Assembly (NCBI GenBank): GCA_028023455.1
Contig: JAQFVV010000006.1
Span: forward strand, 6,634,001 to 6,698,000
Length of the DNA stretch: 64,000 nt
DNA from: Epiperipatus broadwayi
Lineage: Eukaryota; Animalia; Onychophora
Reading direction: 5' to 3'
Positions 11,700-22,548 of this stretch are shown here, piece by piece. The translations under genes were made by a program, and so were the position numbers. The notes beneath the pieces were generated by a model that saw nothing but the letters and a program-made list of their open reading frames with translations, did no database searches and had not been told where the DNA came from. Position 1 is the stretch's first letter. Each line of letters starts with the position of its first letter.

Positions 11700-12695
11700 T
11701 CACATATGTTCTTTATTACTTGTTACAATGCTTTTTTACAATCCACTATTGACAGTTTCGATTGCTCCAGAAATATTCTTCAGAACTTCTACTTACATAT
11801 TAGGTTGTAAAAAAAGCATTGTAAAAGTAATGAAGAACATAGATGATATTAATATATCCTTTAGATTCATGAATATTAAATTTTTGGCAATGCTATAACT
11901 ATTGGGTCATTCTACCAAAGGCAGCCCTCAGTAAAAAATGTTTATAATTATCTACGAAGACCTTATTTTTTCATTTCTTTAAGAGGAATTACTATTCAAC
12001 CAACTCTATGCCATTTATTATAGATTTGAACAATAAATGTATCCAAAGGTGGCTCTGTAGTCAAATAGTATAGATTACTAATTCTTTGCATTTGTTAAAG
12101 TTAAAGAAATAAGTCATAAGGTACTTTGTTTGGTGTATATATATCATTTTTGCTAATGGATGAATAATGACAAATAATCAGCAAAAAGCTGAGGTTGTTA
12201 CAATACATGACTACTTTTCTTGGTTCAAAAGTATAAGATTGTAAAAGCAAGTTGGCTTGTGTTCAAAACCTTAAGGCATTTAAATTTCAGATTATAAAGT
12301 TCAGATAGTATACAAAGATTATAGATGGCTAATAGATTTAAGAATTCAAAATCTAGTTTTTTGTTAAAAAAAACTATATATTAAAATTAAAATTTAAAAA
12401 TCACATTTTAAATTTTTTTTGGACTTTTTATTATATTCTAAATAAAGGAACTGTTTGTTTGAAAATTTGTAATAATTGGACTATTTCTGCTATCTAGTAT
12501 TAATTGCTAATGGTCTGTGGAAAAATGCAAGCTTTATTTAAACTTTTCAAATACATTTAATTATTAGTAATGGAACATAGGTTAGTACATAACACAGTAT
12601 TTCAATTCTTCTTCAGATGTAGCTGGTCTGACCATGACAGCATGGGAATCAAAATTGGGCCTTTAGTCATTAATATTAATGGATCTAAACCTTAA

Positions 12696-12928
12696 AACAT
12701 CACATGATCACTATCTTCCATGCTTGCTCATAACTGTTGGTAAAATAGGTGCAGTGCTCTCAGATCCAAGGCTCCTCACTGACGAAGGCCATAAGCCAGA
12801 AACTAGTTTGGGGATATTGGATGAGTAGGCACTAGATGGGGTTTTATGCACAAGCCTTCTGGCATCCATTGATTACTCTGTCTTGCTTAGAGTGGCATTA
12901 CTGTATGGAGAGAGATTTGCCTATATTA
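12696..12928 (+). mobile_element. HHR family A copy with inverted tail
   Basis: Reverse tail (AAACATCACATGATCAC...) at 12696-12745, then the sense copy GGTGCAGTGCTCTCAGATCCAAGG...CTGTATGGAGAG. Confidence 0.85.
12774..12813 (+). ncRNA. Type I hammerhead-like motif, family A
   Basis: CCUCA-CUGACGA(12779-12785)-A-GGC cauaa GCC-A-GAAAC(12799-12803)-UA-GUU/UGGGG. Helix I 5 bp; non-canonical extra A before G12. Confidence 0.72.
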
Positions 12929-13250
12929 ATGAATCTAAAGGCCCAATTGTGATTTTAAAATGGCATTCTAACTAACTAAGCTATTCTGTCAAAATTTATA
13001 GAATATCCTTGTTGGATAAAGCATCAATTTTAATTTAATATTGATTAATCTAAAAGTCCAGGTTCGATTCCCATGCTAATTCGATCACTGGTCAGGTTAT
13101 CAACTTTTGAAAAAGAGAAGAATAATAGCAATTAAAATTTGCCCTTACTAATAGTTCAAGGCATTTGAAAAGGCTAAATAAAGTTGAATTTTTCTAAAAA
13201 TATTTAATATTTGAAATACAGGCATTCTTCATATACCTAAAGCTTAATCG

Positions 13251-13378
13251 TAAATGTAGGGGATTTGAACACAGACTTTCAAGCACCCTTCATCTATTCA
13301 CACTATCTCACACCACTGAGATAATGTGGATAGATAAAGGGTGCTTGAAAGTCTGTGTTCAAATCTCCTACATTTAAA
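13251..13378. repeat. Hairpin made from the family C2 tail
   Basis: TAAATGTAGGGGATTTGAACACAGACTTTCAAGCACCCTT is mirrored by AAGGGTGCTTGAAAGTCTGTGTTCAAATCTCCTACATTTA; the sequence resembles 8830-8885. Confidence 0.9.
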
Positions 13379-14091
13379 GTTATTTAACCGTTAGTATTAG
13401 ATCATGGAAATATTCTAACATGTATTCACCTATTATAATAACGTAATTTATCATATAGTTATAGTTTTCTTTTGACCAGATACTCTGCTATCGTTTTTTT
13501 TAAAGAATTAATTTTTTTATTATTAAGTTTAAGAAACACTGCCTTTATATTTTACAAATAAAATTCTTAAAGAATGACCATTTATGATGGTAAATTTAAA
13601 GATATTATCCTCATCATCATTATTTTTACATATTACAAATACACTGGGGGATAAAAATCTCTCCAAGAATAAGATCAGTTTCCATAATCTGTTGTTTGTT
13701 TAATTAGTACAACAAATCTTTTTAGCATATCCATCTCACTTGTAATCTCCCAATAGGTCTCTTGAGATCTAGTCAACTGTTTATCTATTATATAGATCTC
13801 TCAATAAATACCATTTTAACTGGGGCAATTTCATTATTAGAAATCCTGACCTGTATCCTAAGAATAAGTAGCAGTTGGCAAATTGTACCACTTTCGACAA
13901 AAACCTTCTATCGTTAATGTATGACGATATTTATTCTTTCCAAATGTTTAATTTCATCCTATCATCATAGCTCAAGTTTTGAATTTATTGGCTTTTAACT
14001 CTGAATTTAATATATATATATATATTGCTTATAACAGTTCTTTCATATACACTTCAATGCAAACAAATTTTATTAAAAACTTCTTTATTTT

Positions 14092-14129
14092 CCTTACAGT
14101 TTCAACTGTCCAGCAGTCTTCATCAGAGC
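14092..14129 (-). ncRNA. Type I hammerhead motif, family B
   Basis: Minus: GCU-CUGAUGA(14126-14120)-A-GACUG cugga CAGUU-GAAAC-U-GUA/AGG. Core intact; helix I 2 bp. Confidence 0.75.
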
Positions 14130-14144
14130 AGAGAAGAAGCATAG

Positions 14145-14183
14145 AGCTCTGATGAAGACTGCTGGACGGTTGAAACTGTACGG
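14145..14183 (+). ncRNA. Type I hammerhead motif, family B (helix I broken)
   Basis: AGCU-CUGAUGA(14149-14155)-A-GACUG cugga CGGUU-GAAAC(14172-14176)-U-GUA/CGG. Confidence 0.68.
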
Positions 14184-15128
14184 AAAATAAAGAAGTTTTT
14201 AAGAAAATTTGTTTGCATTAAAGTATATATGAAAGAACTGTTTATAAGCAATATATATATATATGAATATATGAAGATATGCAAAGAAAGTGAAAGAAAG
14301 GAATAATTTAAAATATAAAAGAGGCTTAGTTTTTCATTTCATATTCCTGAGATTATACCGAGAAAATTAAATGTACTTATTTTGTCTGTGTTGCTTAATC
14401 TATTTCTAAATCTTTTATAATCTTTAAATATGGGTTAGGACTTTTCTTGTCCTCTTGTATAATCTCTTCCAGCAACATATGGAATACAGCTTCATTTCAA
14501 TCATTTAATCCTTTCCATCATATTAATATATGTTTGCTCTTTCATGCATATATTTTATTTTTGCTTTCTCTACATCTCTTTATATTTCATTAAGTGATTG
14601 AAACTATTGTTTTTTTATTAAGACATGTATTAAATATTTTTAATTACAATGTGCAATATGTATTTATGATATTACTGTATCAGTGTGTGCTTACATATAT
14701 TGGTTGAGATTATAAAAATGGTATTAAAATTACGATAACATCTTTGTTTAATATTAACATTGTGCTCTTGGTTCTTTAGAAATTATTGCATGGAGTTAAA
14801 CAGAGGGCAAGCATTCTGAAATATGATTTCTTTATTTGCTTATTTTTCCCTTTACAGCAAAAAATCATGTAGGACAGTGGAAGAGCAGCAGAATTCTGGA
14901 GCCCAAGGTTTACGAACCCTGGACTCTAGTTTCAATATTTCAATGCTCAAACTTTTGATAAACTGAATAAATTTACAGAAAATAAAACAAAGTCATACAT
15001 CACATAACTCAATTTTAAAAGCTGGTAAATAAAAAATAAGGAGCAGTACTAATAGCCCTAACAAGCTTTGTTGATATATGCCGCAAGAGAAAGCATTTAA
15101 AAATCTCTATCTAGAAATTATCCCCAAT

Positions 15129-15167
15129 CCTCAGACCGGTTTCATGCTTTGACAATCCTCAGTGAGA
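15129..15167 (-). ncRNA. Type I hammerhead motif, family E
   Basis: Minus: UCUCA-CUGAGGA-UUGU caaa GCAU-GAAAC-CG-GUC/UGAGG. Helix I 4-5 bp, palindromic helix III ACCGGU, helix II closes with U-U. Confidence 0.8.
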
Positions 15168-15220
15168 CACTAGGATATTGGGTTGATATTTTTAAATATA
15201 GTGTCTGAAATACTCTAGTG

Positions 15221-15259
15221 CCTCACTGAGGATTGACAAAGCATGAAACTGGTCTGAAG
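15221..15259 (+). ncRNA. Hammerhead motif, family E (helix II degraded)
   Basis: CCUCA-CUGAGGA(15226-15232)-UUGA caaa GCAU-GAAAC(15245-15249)-UG-GUC/UGAAG. Confidence 0.68.
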
Positions 15260-15384
15260 ATTGGGAATAATTCCTAGATAGAGATTTTTAAATGCTTTCT
15301 CTTCCCGCATTTATCAGTAAAATTTGTTACAACTATTAGAACTATCCATTATTATTATTTTTTGAACAAATACACCAATTGATT

Positions 15385-15745
15385 ATTTACTTAATTAATA
15401 ATATTTCTGTAGTGTAATTTTCATTACACCACTTTCACGCAAGATAAAAACTATCCACTTTTAACACCTTTTGGCTATCTATATATGTACTAAATAATGA
15501 TAAAGATATATGTAAGAGATTATGATCTGGGCCAACTGATGACTGCTGGTTCAGCATGAAATGTGCATTTTGGGGATCATATATTTTTTTCACATGCCTT
15601 TGGTCATATGTTTATGGTACACCCCTCCTTAAGTTGTTAAAAATGGATAGAAACCAGTGTCTATCTTGCGTGAGTAGTGAAAATTGGACTACAGAAATAT
15701 TAAACATTAAGTGGATTTCTAGTCTAATGAATGACTAATAAAAAT
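15385..15745 (+). mobile_element. HHR family C (subfamily C1) with partial inverted 5' arm
   Basis: Sense copy about 15470-15745 ends TAGTCTAATGAATGACTAATAAAAA as at 28780 and 29120; 15385-15468 is the reverse complement of its 3' part. Confidence 0.8.
15532..15573 (+). ncRNA. Hammerhead motif, family C
   Basis: CCAA-CUGAUGA(15536-15542)-CUGCU gguuc AGCAU-GAAAU-GUGC-AUU/UUGG. Helix I 4 bp; C-U mismatch at 10.1/11.1. Confidence 0.72.
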
Positions 15746-15789
15746 TTATTAATAGTCGATTCTTTTTTTTAGTGAGAAATTTTTGGAGG

Positions 15790-16520
15790 GCTTCAAAAAA
15801 ATTATTCGCGCCGGATCCCTGAGAAGGTCAAGGCGTTTTCTTAATACGATAAATTCCTAATTGTTTCAGAATCGTGAAAAAACTAATAATGTTTACATTT
15901 CAACTTCGTAGTTATCAATCTTATATTTTTGTAAATATTTAATTTGGAATTCTTCATTTTGACTAGTCAAGTTAAATATATGCTTCCTTCTTTAACATAA
16001 ATAGAACTGTTATTTCCAAAAGAAAAAAAAAACAAAAAACAGTTAGTTACTTTGTAAAAAAGTTTTATTTCTTTTACATAAATTGTCTGTTTATTTATTG
16101 CTACAATTATCAACGACTCCATTCGTTTATTTCCATCATTAATGAAAAGAGTCATGTAAAATTAATTACCGATTCCCCAATGAGTGACTCACGCTTTTAT
16201 AGAAATTATTTTTAACAGACACAACAAATTATAGTCACATCATTTACTTTATTAAATTTATTTCATCTCTTCTTAAATTTTATTCTATAGTTATCGTATT
16301 TATTTATCAACAACATTTAAGTAAACTATTGTCCTGCTTGTATTGGGGCAGCGGTGCAGTGGTAAAGACCAAACTGATGTACTGCGACCTAGTTCGGTCG
16401 TTTCTCGTGTTTGAACTTCTTATGTACTCCTGAAAGTTAAATTATTTATTAGTACTAAATAAAGTAGTAAAAGAATCCGATTGAGCAATCTCTAGGGAGA
16501 CTGTGAGAAAATCGAGTACC
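15790..16520. promoter_or_regulatory. CpG-retaining patch, possible unmethylated regulatory region
   Basis: CpG is visibly denser than in the flanks (TTCGCGCCGGATCC, GCGACCTAGTTCGGTCG, AATCCGATTG); no transcript evidence. Confidence 0.35.
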
Positions 16521-17194
16521 AGAGATATATGTGAGTTCGAACCCAGTATCTTTACACTTGAATTTGCTACTGATAAATCCTGAGTTCAAATTCTTCTACT
16601 TCCATATATAGGAAACATTCGATAAATTATATACTACTTTAGAATTATTATTATATTAATAAATTTGAAAATTCATAATAAGTTTGAGCACCAAAAATAA
16701 CAGCTGGGTGATGCTCCATAAGCTTGAATTCCAAAATCAAACAATCTATTATTGTATCAAATCATGAACGACATATACATTCCATAATAACTCTTCAGTC
16801 ATTTCATTTCATATTTTAGAATTCCACTGAACTTCTCCTGCAATAAATTTCACTTTTTAAAATACTTCAATGCATTACCCAATTATATGTCTTCAATGTG
16901 TCCTCTATCTTCATCCATATATTTCCAATGAAAACAATCAGTATTGTACTTCCTTAAAGTGTCTGACATGAGAACACTATTTTTCTAACAAGTCCCATAC
17001 TGATCCCTTATTCCACACACCCAATTTAATAAAGGTCATAACTACACTTTACTATCAACAACATAAGATAAATAGCCAAAAATATAAACCTCCATATTTT
17101 TATTTTATTTTTGAAAGTGCATCTTTAAACGAATTTTTTCTACTGCCTTTAGGTCATGTTAATAGAGAACCTTGGTCTTATTTCTGAACAATAA

Positions 17195-17650
17195 ATTAGA
17201 ACAGACAAAACTCTCCATACAGTAGTGCCACTCAGTGCAAACCAGAGTAATCAATGGATGCCAGAAAGCTTGTGCATAAAATCCCTATATATATATATAT
17301 ATATATTGCCTACTCATCCAATATCCCCTTGTGGCCTTCATCAGTGAGGAGCCTTGGATCTGAGAGCACTGCACCTAGATCTTATGATCTAATGCACCCC
17401 TCCAACAGCCACCTTTTATCTCTACTTAACTACAAAACTATGAGAATGAAATTGAAAACACAAAATCTAAGCTCAATAGCTTATATAGTCATATTGGATG
17501 AGTAGGCACTAGATAGGGATTTTATGCACAAGCCTTCTGGCATCCATTGATTACTCTGGTTGGCACAGGGTGGTACTACTGTATGGAGAGTTTTGTCTTG
17601 TTTAATAACATTTATGTGCTAATATAAGAGATGATGATCATGTGATGTTT
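17195..17650. mobile_element. HHR family A fold-back
   Basis: 17195-17325 is mirrored by 17490-17606. Partial minus HHR (TCATCAG 17338-17344, GAAAC part deleted); (AT)n insertion; tail 17607-17650. Confidence 0.9.
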
Positions 17651-18039
17651 AGTGATTTAACAGCAATATTTATTATGTGTATGTGTTTTTGCATGCATTG
17701 TATATGTATATACATATTTATTTAAAATGACCAAATTCAATGAGTAATTTATTTTAGTTTTTCATCTTTATCAATGATATTATTAAATATATTATTGGAA
17801 AGAAAAAAATAGAAGTCTTCTACCTATAACTGAGAGCCTATATAAAAAAAACTATTAATAGTAATGATTGATAAATAATTTTATATATCATTTTATTGCA
17901 AATTTTATGCAGAATTATTTTGAATTATTAATATTAACACATTAAAATATATAAATTTTCAATAAATTTAAAATTAATAACTTTAAAATTTTATTTAATT
18001 CTTTATTTTATAATAATTATATTTTTTATTGTTTTTTAT

Positions 18040-18330
18040 GGCAGGTTATATTTATGGAGCATTTAATATTTTATATTTTCTGGTATGTATGGGTAAAGCA
18101 GAGAATCTTTGTCCACACAATTAGCACAACATAAATATTTATGCATTAGAGCTCTTAATGATCCTTCAACCTATTCAGTTTTTTATCAGCACCAGAGCAC
18201 AAGTCACCACAAGTGCATTTCAGACAATCCCACAATCATGTGTAGAGAGAGACATGACCTTAAAAGAAAAATCAAAGCGGCCTTCTTCATCTCATGAGAC
18301 AAAGATGCAATAAATAGGAAGGGCACATGC
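18040..18330 (+). pseudogene. Penelope-like element GIY-YIG endonuclease C-terminal remnant
   Basis: ORF 18109-18297 (STQLAQHK..SVFYQHQSTSHHKCISDNPTIMCRERHDLKRKIKAAFFIS, then *DKDAINRKG) resembles the PLE EN pattern SAxxEH..H...IL.RE...KR.IKEA..I......NR..G; the YIG region is decayed. Confidence 0.7.
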
Positions 18331-18386
18331 TATGCTTATCGAAGAAATGGAATTAGCATATTTGCATATCATTAAATGGAGTAGCA

Positions 18387-18428
18387 AGCTATGATTATGA
18401 AGACAAGATCATTTGAAAGCGCTCAGCT
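18387..18428 (+). ncRNA. Hammerhead remnant downstream of the PLE ORF
   Basis: AGCU(18387-18390) ... GAAAG-CG-CUC(18415-18424)/AGCU. Helix I 4 bp and palindromic helix III AGCGCU are intact; CUGANGA is decayed (AUGAUUA). Confidence 0.55.
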
Positions 18429-19399
18429 CGTTTGTTTTTAGTTATCTATTTTATATTAACACTTTATAGCTTTTGGGAACAGTTGTGCCACACACGCACA
18501 TGTGTTAGAATCTTATATTATTGTAAAATTTGTATCTTCAATAAATACATGAAAGTAAATATGGTGTTTTAAATAAAAAAAGAAATTCAAATTAATGTTT
18601 ATTTCGTTGTTTAAAATATAGGCTAAACTAACATAGCAATTTATCCCCACCACCCACCCACATTTATTTTCATAAAGTTCTGTATAATTTATAAATTAGA
18701 TTTAATCTTTTGAAATATTAACTACAGTAAGTCTTTTAAAAATTATTATTAAAGTCATTCTTTACTATTTTTAGAACAGGAACATGAAATCATGTATTAC
18801 ATAAAATAATTAAACTTAAATAGCAAAATAATACATTGTTTAATTCTTGCTTAATTTAATGCATTAATAGAATCTGCATCTCAAAGTCCCTGGATTGAGG
18901 ATAGTTCTGTCACTTCTGATACTTAACTTTTCATAAACTCTCAAAGAATGAACAGTGTTTACTTTTTATTTTTAATATATGCACATTAAATATTACATAA
19001 AAATGTTAAGTAAAATCTGGCAATTATGAAACTTTGTGCTTTTTCATAATTTTGTACAGATAACAAAAGTTGTCTTAATTGAGGAAACTTACAATCTGTC
19101 ACATGACTACAATCCTTTCTTCAAACAAACTCATAAACAATGCTACAAAACCTTGCTCATTAAAATTCAATCAACTATAGCAGTTTTCTACTTACATAAC
19201 TAATCTAATTGACAAGTTTTTGTATCAAGTTTAATATTATGTAATATTTATCATTCGGAAGTAAATTTATTGTTAATTATAATATATTGGACTGCTTGTA
19301 TAATCTATCATTAAATGTTGAATGTCCGAAAATTTAATTCTTTCCAAATACAAACAATCATTAGTAATAACACACAATAATACAGGTTATTAAACCTCT

Positions 19400-19633
19400 A
19401 AACATCACATAATTACCATTCTTTATGCTTACACAAGCTGTTTACACAGAGGCAAAACTCACCATACAGTAGTGCCACTCAGTGCAAGCCAGAGTAATCA
19501 ATAGATGCGGGAAGGTTTGTGCAATATTAGATGAGTAGGCATTAGATAGGAATTTTCTGCATAAATCTTCTTGCATACATTGATTATTCTAGCTTGCACT
19601 GGGTGGTGCTACTGTATGGAGAGTTTTACCTCT
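19400..19633. mobile_element. HHR family A fold-back (HHR absent), tail on left
   Basis: GAGGCAAAACTCACCATACAGTAGTGCCACTCAGTGCAAGC is mirrored by GCTTGCACTGGGTGGTGCTACTGTATGGAGAGTTTTACCTC. Confidence 0.88.
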
Positions 19634-20154
19634 GAAAATAACTTGGGTTATTTAGGCATACTACATTTTGAGTAGTATTATTCTCCACTTTTCTTCAGAT
19701 GTTGCTGGGCTTGACCAGTGACAATATTAGCATAGGAGTCGGACATACATCTTTAGATTCTTGAAGATTGAAATTTCATGCAACCAACACTCTAACCAAC
19801 ATAACTATTTTGTCTAACATATCATCATCACAAACCTTCTGGCAACTATTATGATTGGTTATGATGCAGATTATGAAAATATTTTTTTCCTATTAAAAAC
19901 AAGCACTATAATATATGACAAAATATATTCATACAGCTTGAGATATACATAGAATGAGGTTGGGTGATCTAGGGCCTCGTTTTTGCACTTTACATATACC
20001 AGAAATTGTTTGCATATAAACAATGAGGATTGCCAATTCCTCAACAATCTTTGTGATAAATGCTTAGCTAGAGAAAGCATTTAAAATATCTCTGTCAGAA
20101 TCCCCCCCCCCCAACCTCTGACCATGGTTTTGTGCTCTGGCACTCATCAGAGCA

Positions 20155-20198
20155 CACTTCTGACCATGGTTTCATGCTCTGGCACTCCTCAGAGTACC
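20155..20198 (-). ncRNA. Type I hammerhead motif, family E (core intact)
   Basis: Minus: ACU-CUGAGGA-GUGC caga GCAU-GAAAC-CAUG-GUC/AGAAG; palindromic helix III ACCAUGGU. Confidence 0.82.
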
Positions 20199-20297
20199 TC
20201 TCTGAGGAGTGCCAGAGCACAACACTATGGTCAGAGGTTTGGGGGAAGGGTCCTGATAGAGATATTTTATATGCTCTAGCTAAGCTTTTATCACAAA

Positions 20298-20340
20298 GCT
20301 TCTCTGACGAGTGCCAGAGCACCAAACCATGGTCAGAGGT
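20298..20340 (+). ncRNA. Hammerhead motif, family E (G12->C)
   Basis: GCUUCU-CUGACGA-GUGC caga GCAC-CAAAC-CAUG-GUC/AGAGGU. All helices are intact; single core substitution. Confidence 0.72.
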
Positions 20341-21333
20341 TTGGGGGGTGGGTCCTGACAGAGATATTTTAAATGCTTTCTCTAGCTAAGCATTTATCAC
20401 AAAGCTTGTTGAGGAATTGGCAATCCTCATTGTTTATAACTTACAAGCTTAAGAGAATAGGGTCATGTGATCTATGACTCTTATTTTGACTATTTATTGT
20501 TTGCATATGTTTTGATTATATCATATTTAAAGTCATTCGTAAGTAAACTTTTCCTTCAATTTTAATCTGTGCTTTTAAATAGAAACTTGTTTTAAAAACA
20601 AATTCATCTCAGATAGAATAAGCTTTAATAATTAGGACCACCTACAATCAGTTACAATAATAAATCATGTAATGTTATACATAACTTCATTTTTAAAAAC
20701 AAAAACATAATAACGCAAAATAAATTAGTGTATACTTAGAAATTTGTAAATTACATCTTCCAGGATATGCAAGATGTGTGGAATCTACCATGCATACCAA
20801 ATATATTTATTTTGATTTAGAAGTAAATGTATTAAGTTTTTCATTTTATTTATGCACTAAAATAATCATTTAAGAAAAGAACCGTCTCTAGATAATTAAA
20901 GAAATTCCAGAATGTTTATAAAAAAAAGGGAGAAAAAATTAGTTACTAAGGCAATTAATCAATCTGAGAATGCATTAATTTATTCTTTTCGTCTATTCTC
21001 AAATATTTCTGACACATTAAAAAAATAAAAGAAAAAAACTTCAGTTTAAAATAGAAAACAATTTAAAATAGACAAAATGTGATAAAATACTTTTAAGAAC
21101 TATTGTTAGAGGGAAGAATGTGAAAAGATGTTCATAATTAATAACATAATCCTATAAGTTTTCGTTTACTTTGCCTTTTATAGTGTGACATTTCTTTTAC
21201 GCCCACCTTACTTTACCCCCTATTTTTATCATAATTAGTGCCACTGAGTATGGCCATTCTAACTCTAGAAAAAAAGGATAGATGCAAAGCTAAAAGAGAA
21301 TTTTGTGATAGTTATACAAATCAATCCACCTTT

Positions 21334-21442
21334 ATTTATTTTTTTTCTCATGTGTCATAGCATCGGCCGAGAAGCGAACCCGCTAACCCGGGACAACTTC
21401 TTGTAAGGCAGCTGTGCTGACCTCTCGACCATCAACGCCTGC
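21334..21442 (-). mobile_element. tRNA-Gly(TCC)-derived short SINE with 8-bp TSD
   Basis: Minus GCGTTGATGGTCGAGAGGTCAGCACAGCTGCCTTACAAGAAGTTGTCCCGGGTT..CGCTTCTCGGCCGATGC closely resembles tRNA-Gly-TCC; TSD CCACCTTT at 21326-21333 and 21443-21450. Confidence 0.85.
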
Positions 21443-21465
21443 CCACCTTTGTTATCACTAATTAT

Positions 21466-21600
21466 ATTAAAACAGGCAAAACTCTCTATACGTATTGCCA
21501 CTACTCTGGCTTGCACTGAGTGGCAATATGTATAGAGAGTTTTGCCTGTTTTAATAACAGTTATAAGAAAGCATAAGAAATGGTGATCATGTGATGTTTA
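21466..21600. mobile_element. HHR family A short hairpin derivative plus tail
   Basis: 21466-21502 pairs with 21519-21555 around a 16-nt loop; tail ACAGTTATAAGAAAGCATAAGAAATGGTGATCATGTGATGTTT. Confidence 0.9.
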
Positions 21601-22321
21601 TTGGCACTAATTATATTCATGGTGAACGGGACTCTTCGATAATAAAATCACTTACATTTTATATACTTTGAATATCCAACAGCTATAATTCTTATTCAGG
21701 AGGACAATCTGAGGCAAACTTTTTATGATTGTATTCGATAATGATACTTTATATTATTGACTTTAAAGTCTCTGACTGGTGGTTATGTAAGTGATTAGAC
21801 ACAGAATCTTTTCACTCTCAATAGAAAATCAAAATCGTTCTCCCATTGTTGGTTAACTACTTTCTTTTCTTGTTTATATTTTTCTTTTATACTCTTCTGT
21901 TGCTCACTCATTTTAAACATAAGTTTTATAACTCATTAAAATCAGTTTCAAGTGTGTATTAGTTAGAAAATTATTTCTCTACATTACACTGATTATTACA
22001 GCACTACCAAACCAAGTGCACAACTTGGGTGTATTGCATAAAAAGAAATGCTACAGAGCCCAGGCGTTAAAGAAGTGTAATGCCACAATCATGAAGAATT
22101 AATTTTGATGGGAGCAATACAGATCACCAATATCAAAACACCTTTTTATCAACCAAATACAAACTACCCTAAAGCTAAAAATTTAAACTTTTAAATTATC
22201 TGTTTTTTATATATTTATCTTTAAAGCTATTACAAAACAAAATATTCTAATATGACTACATACTATGATATTATAGATTATTACTATAAAAATTTAGGGA
22301 AAATGGAAATGAATATCAATA

Positions 22322-22548
22322 TTACATGATCACTATTTTTTATGCTAGCACATAACTGTTATTAAAACAGGCAAAACTCTCCATGCAGTAGTGCCACTCA
22401 GTGCCAACCAGAGTAATCAATTGATCTCAGTAAGGTTTTGTGCATGGCACTAGATGGGAATTTTATGCACAAGCCCCTGGCACCCATTGATTACTCTGGT
22501 TGGCACTGAAGTGGCACTACTGTATGGAGCATTTTGCCTGTTTTAATA
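22322..22548. mobile_element. HHR family A fold-back (HHR absent), tail on left
   Basis: ATTAAAACAGGCAAAACTCTCCATGCAGTAGTGCC is mirrored by GGCACTACTGTATGGAGCATTTTGCCTGTTTTAAT. Confidence 0.9.

Larger units (their letters stand above)
11440..11856. mobile_element. HHR family D: fold-back with two tandem HHR monomers per arm
   Basis: 11441-11600 is mirrored by 11700-11856. CTGAAGA at 11514 and 11602 (plus); TCTTCAG at 11689 and 11777 (minus); 88-nt spacing in both arms. Confidence 0.88.
14017..14300. mobile_element. HHR family B fold-back with divergent HHRs, tail on right
   Basis: 14017-14129 is mirrored by 14145-14262; about 15-nt spacer; tail GAATATATGAAGATATGCAAAGAAAG on one side only. 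Confidence 0.92.
15060..15330. mobile_element. HHR family E fold-back with divergent HHRs
   Basis: AGAGAAAGCATTTAAAAATCTCTATCTAG...CAGTGAGACACTAG is mirrored by CTAGTGCCTCACTGAGG...CTAGATAGAGATTTTTAAATGCTTTCTCT. Confidence 0.88.
20009..20495. mobile_element. HHR family E fold-back containing four HHR motifs, tail on right
   Basis: 20009-20130 is mirrored by 20330-20438. HHR cores at 20144-20150 (-), 20186-20192 (-), 20202-20208 (+) and 20304-20310 (+). Tail 20439-20495 is nearly identical to 57843-57900 in reverse. Confidence 0.93.

Noticed and set aside
16345-16440. tRNA-like or hammerhead-like hairpin around GCGACCTAGTTCGGTCG
   Set aside because: No B-box at the right distance; an HHR reading needs at least three core substitutions.
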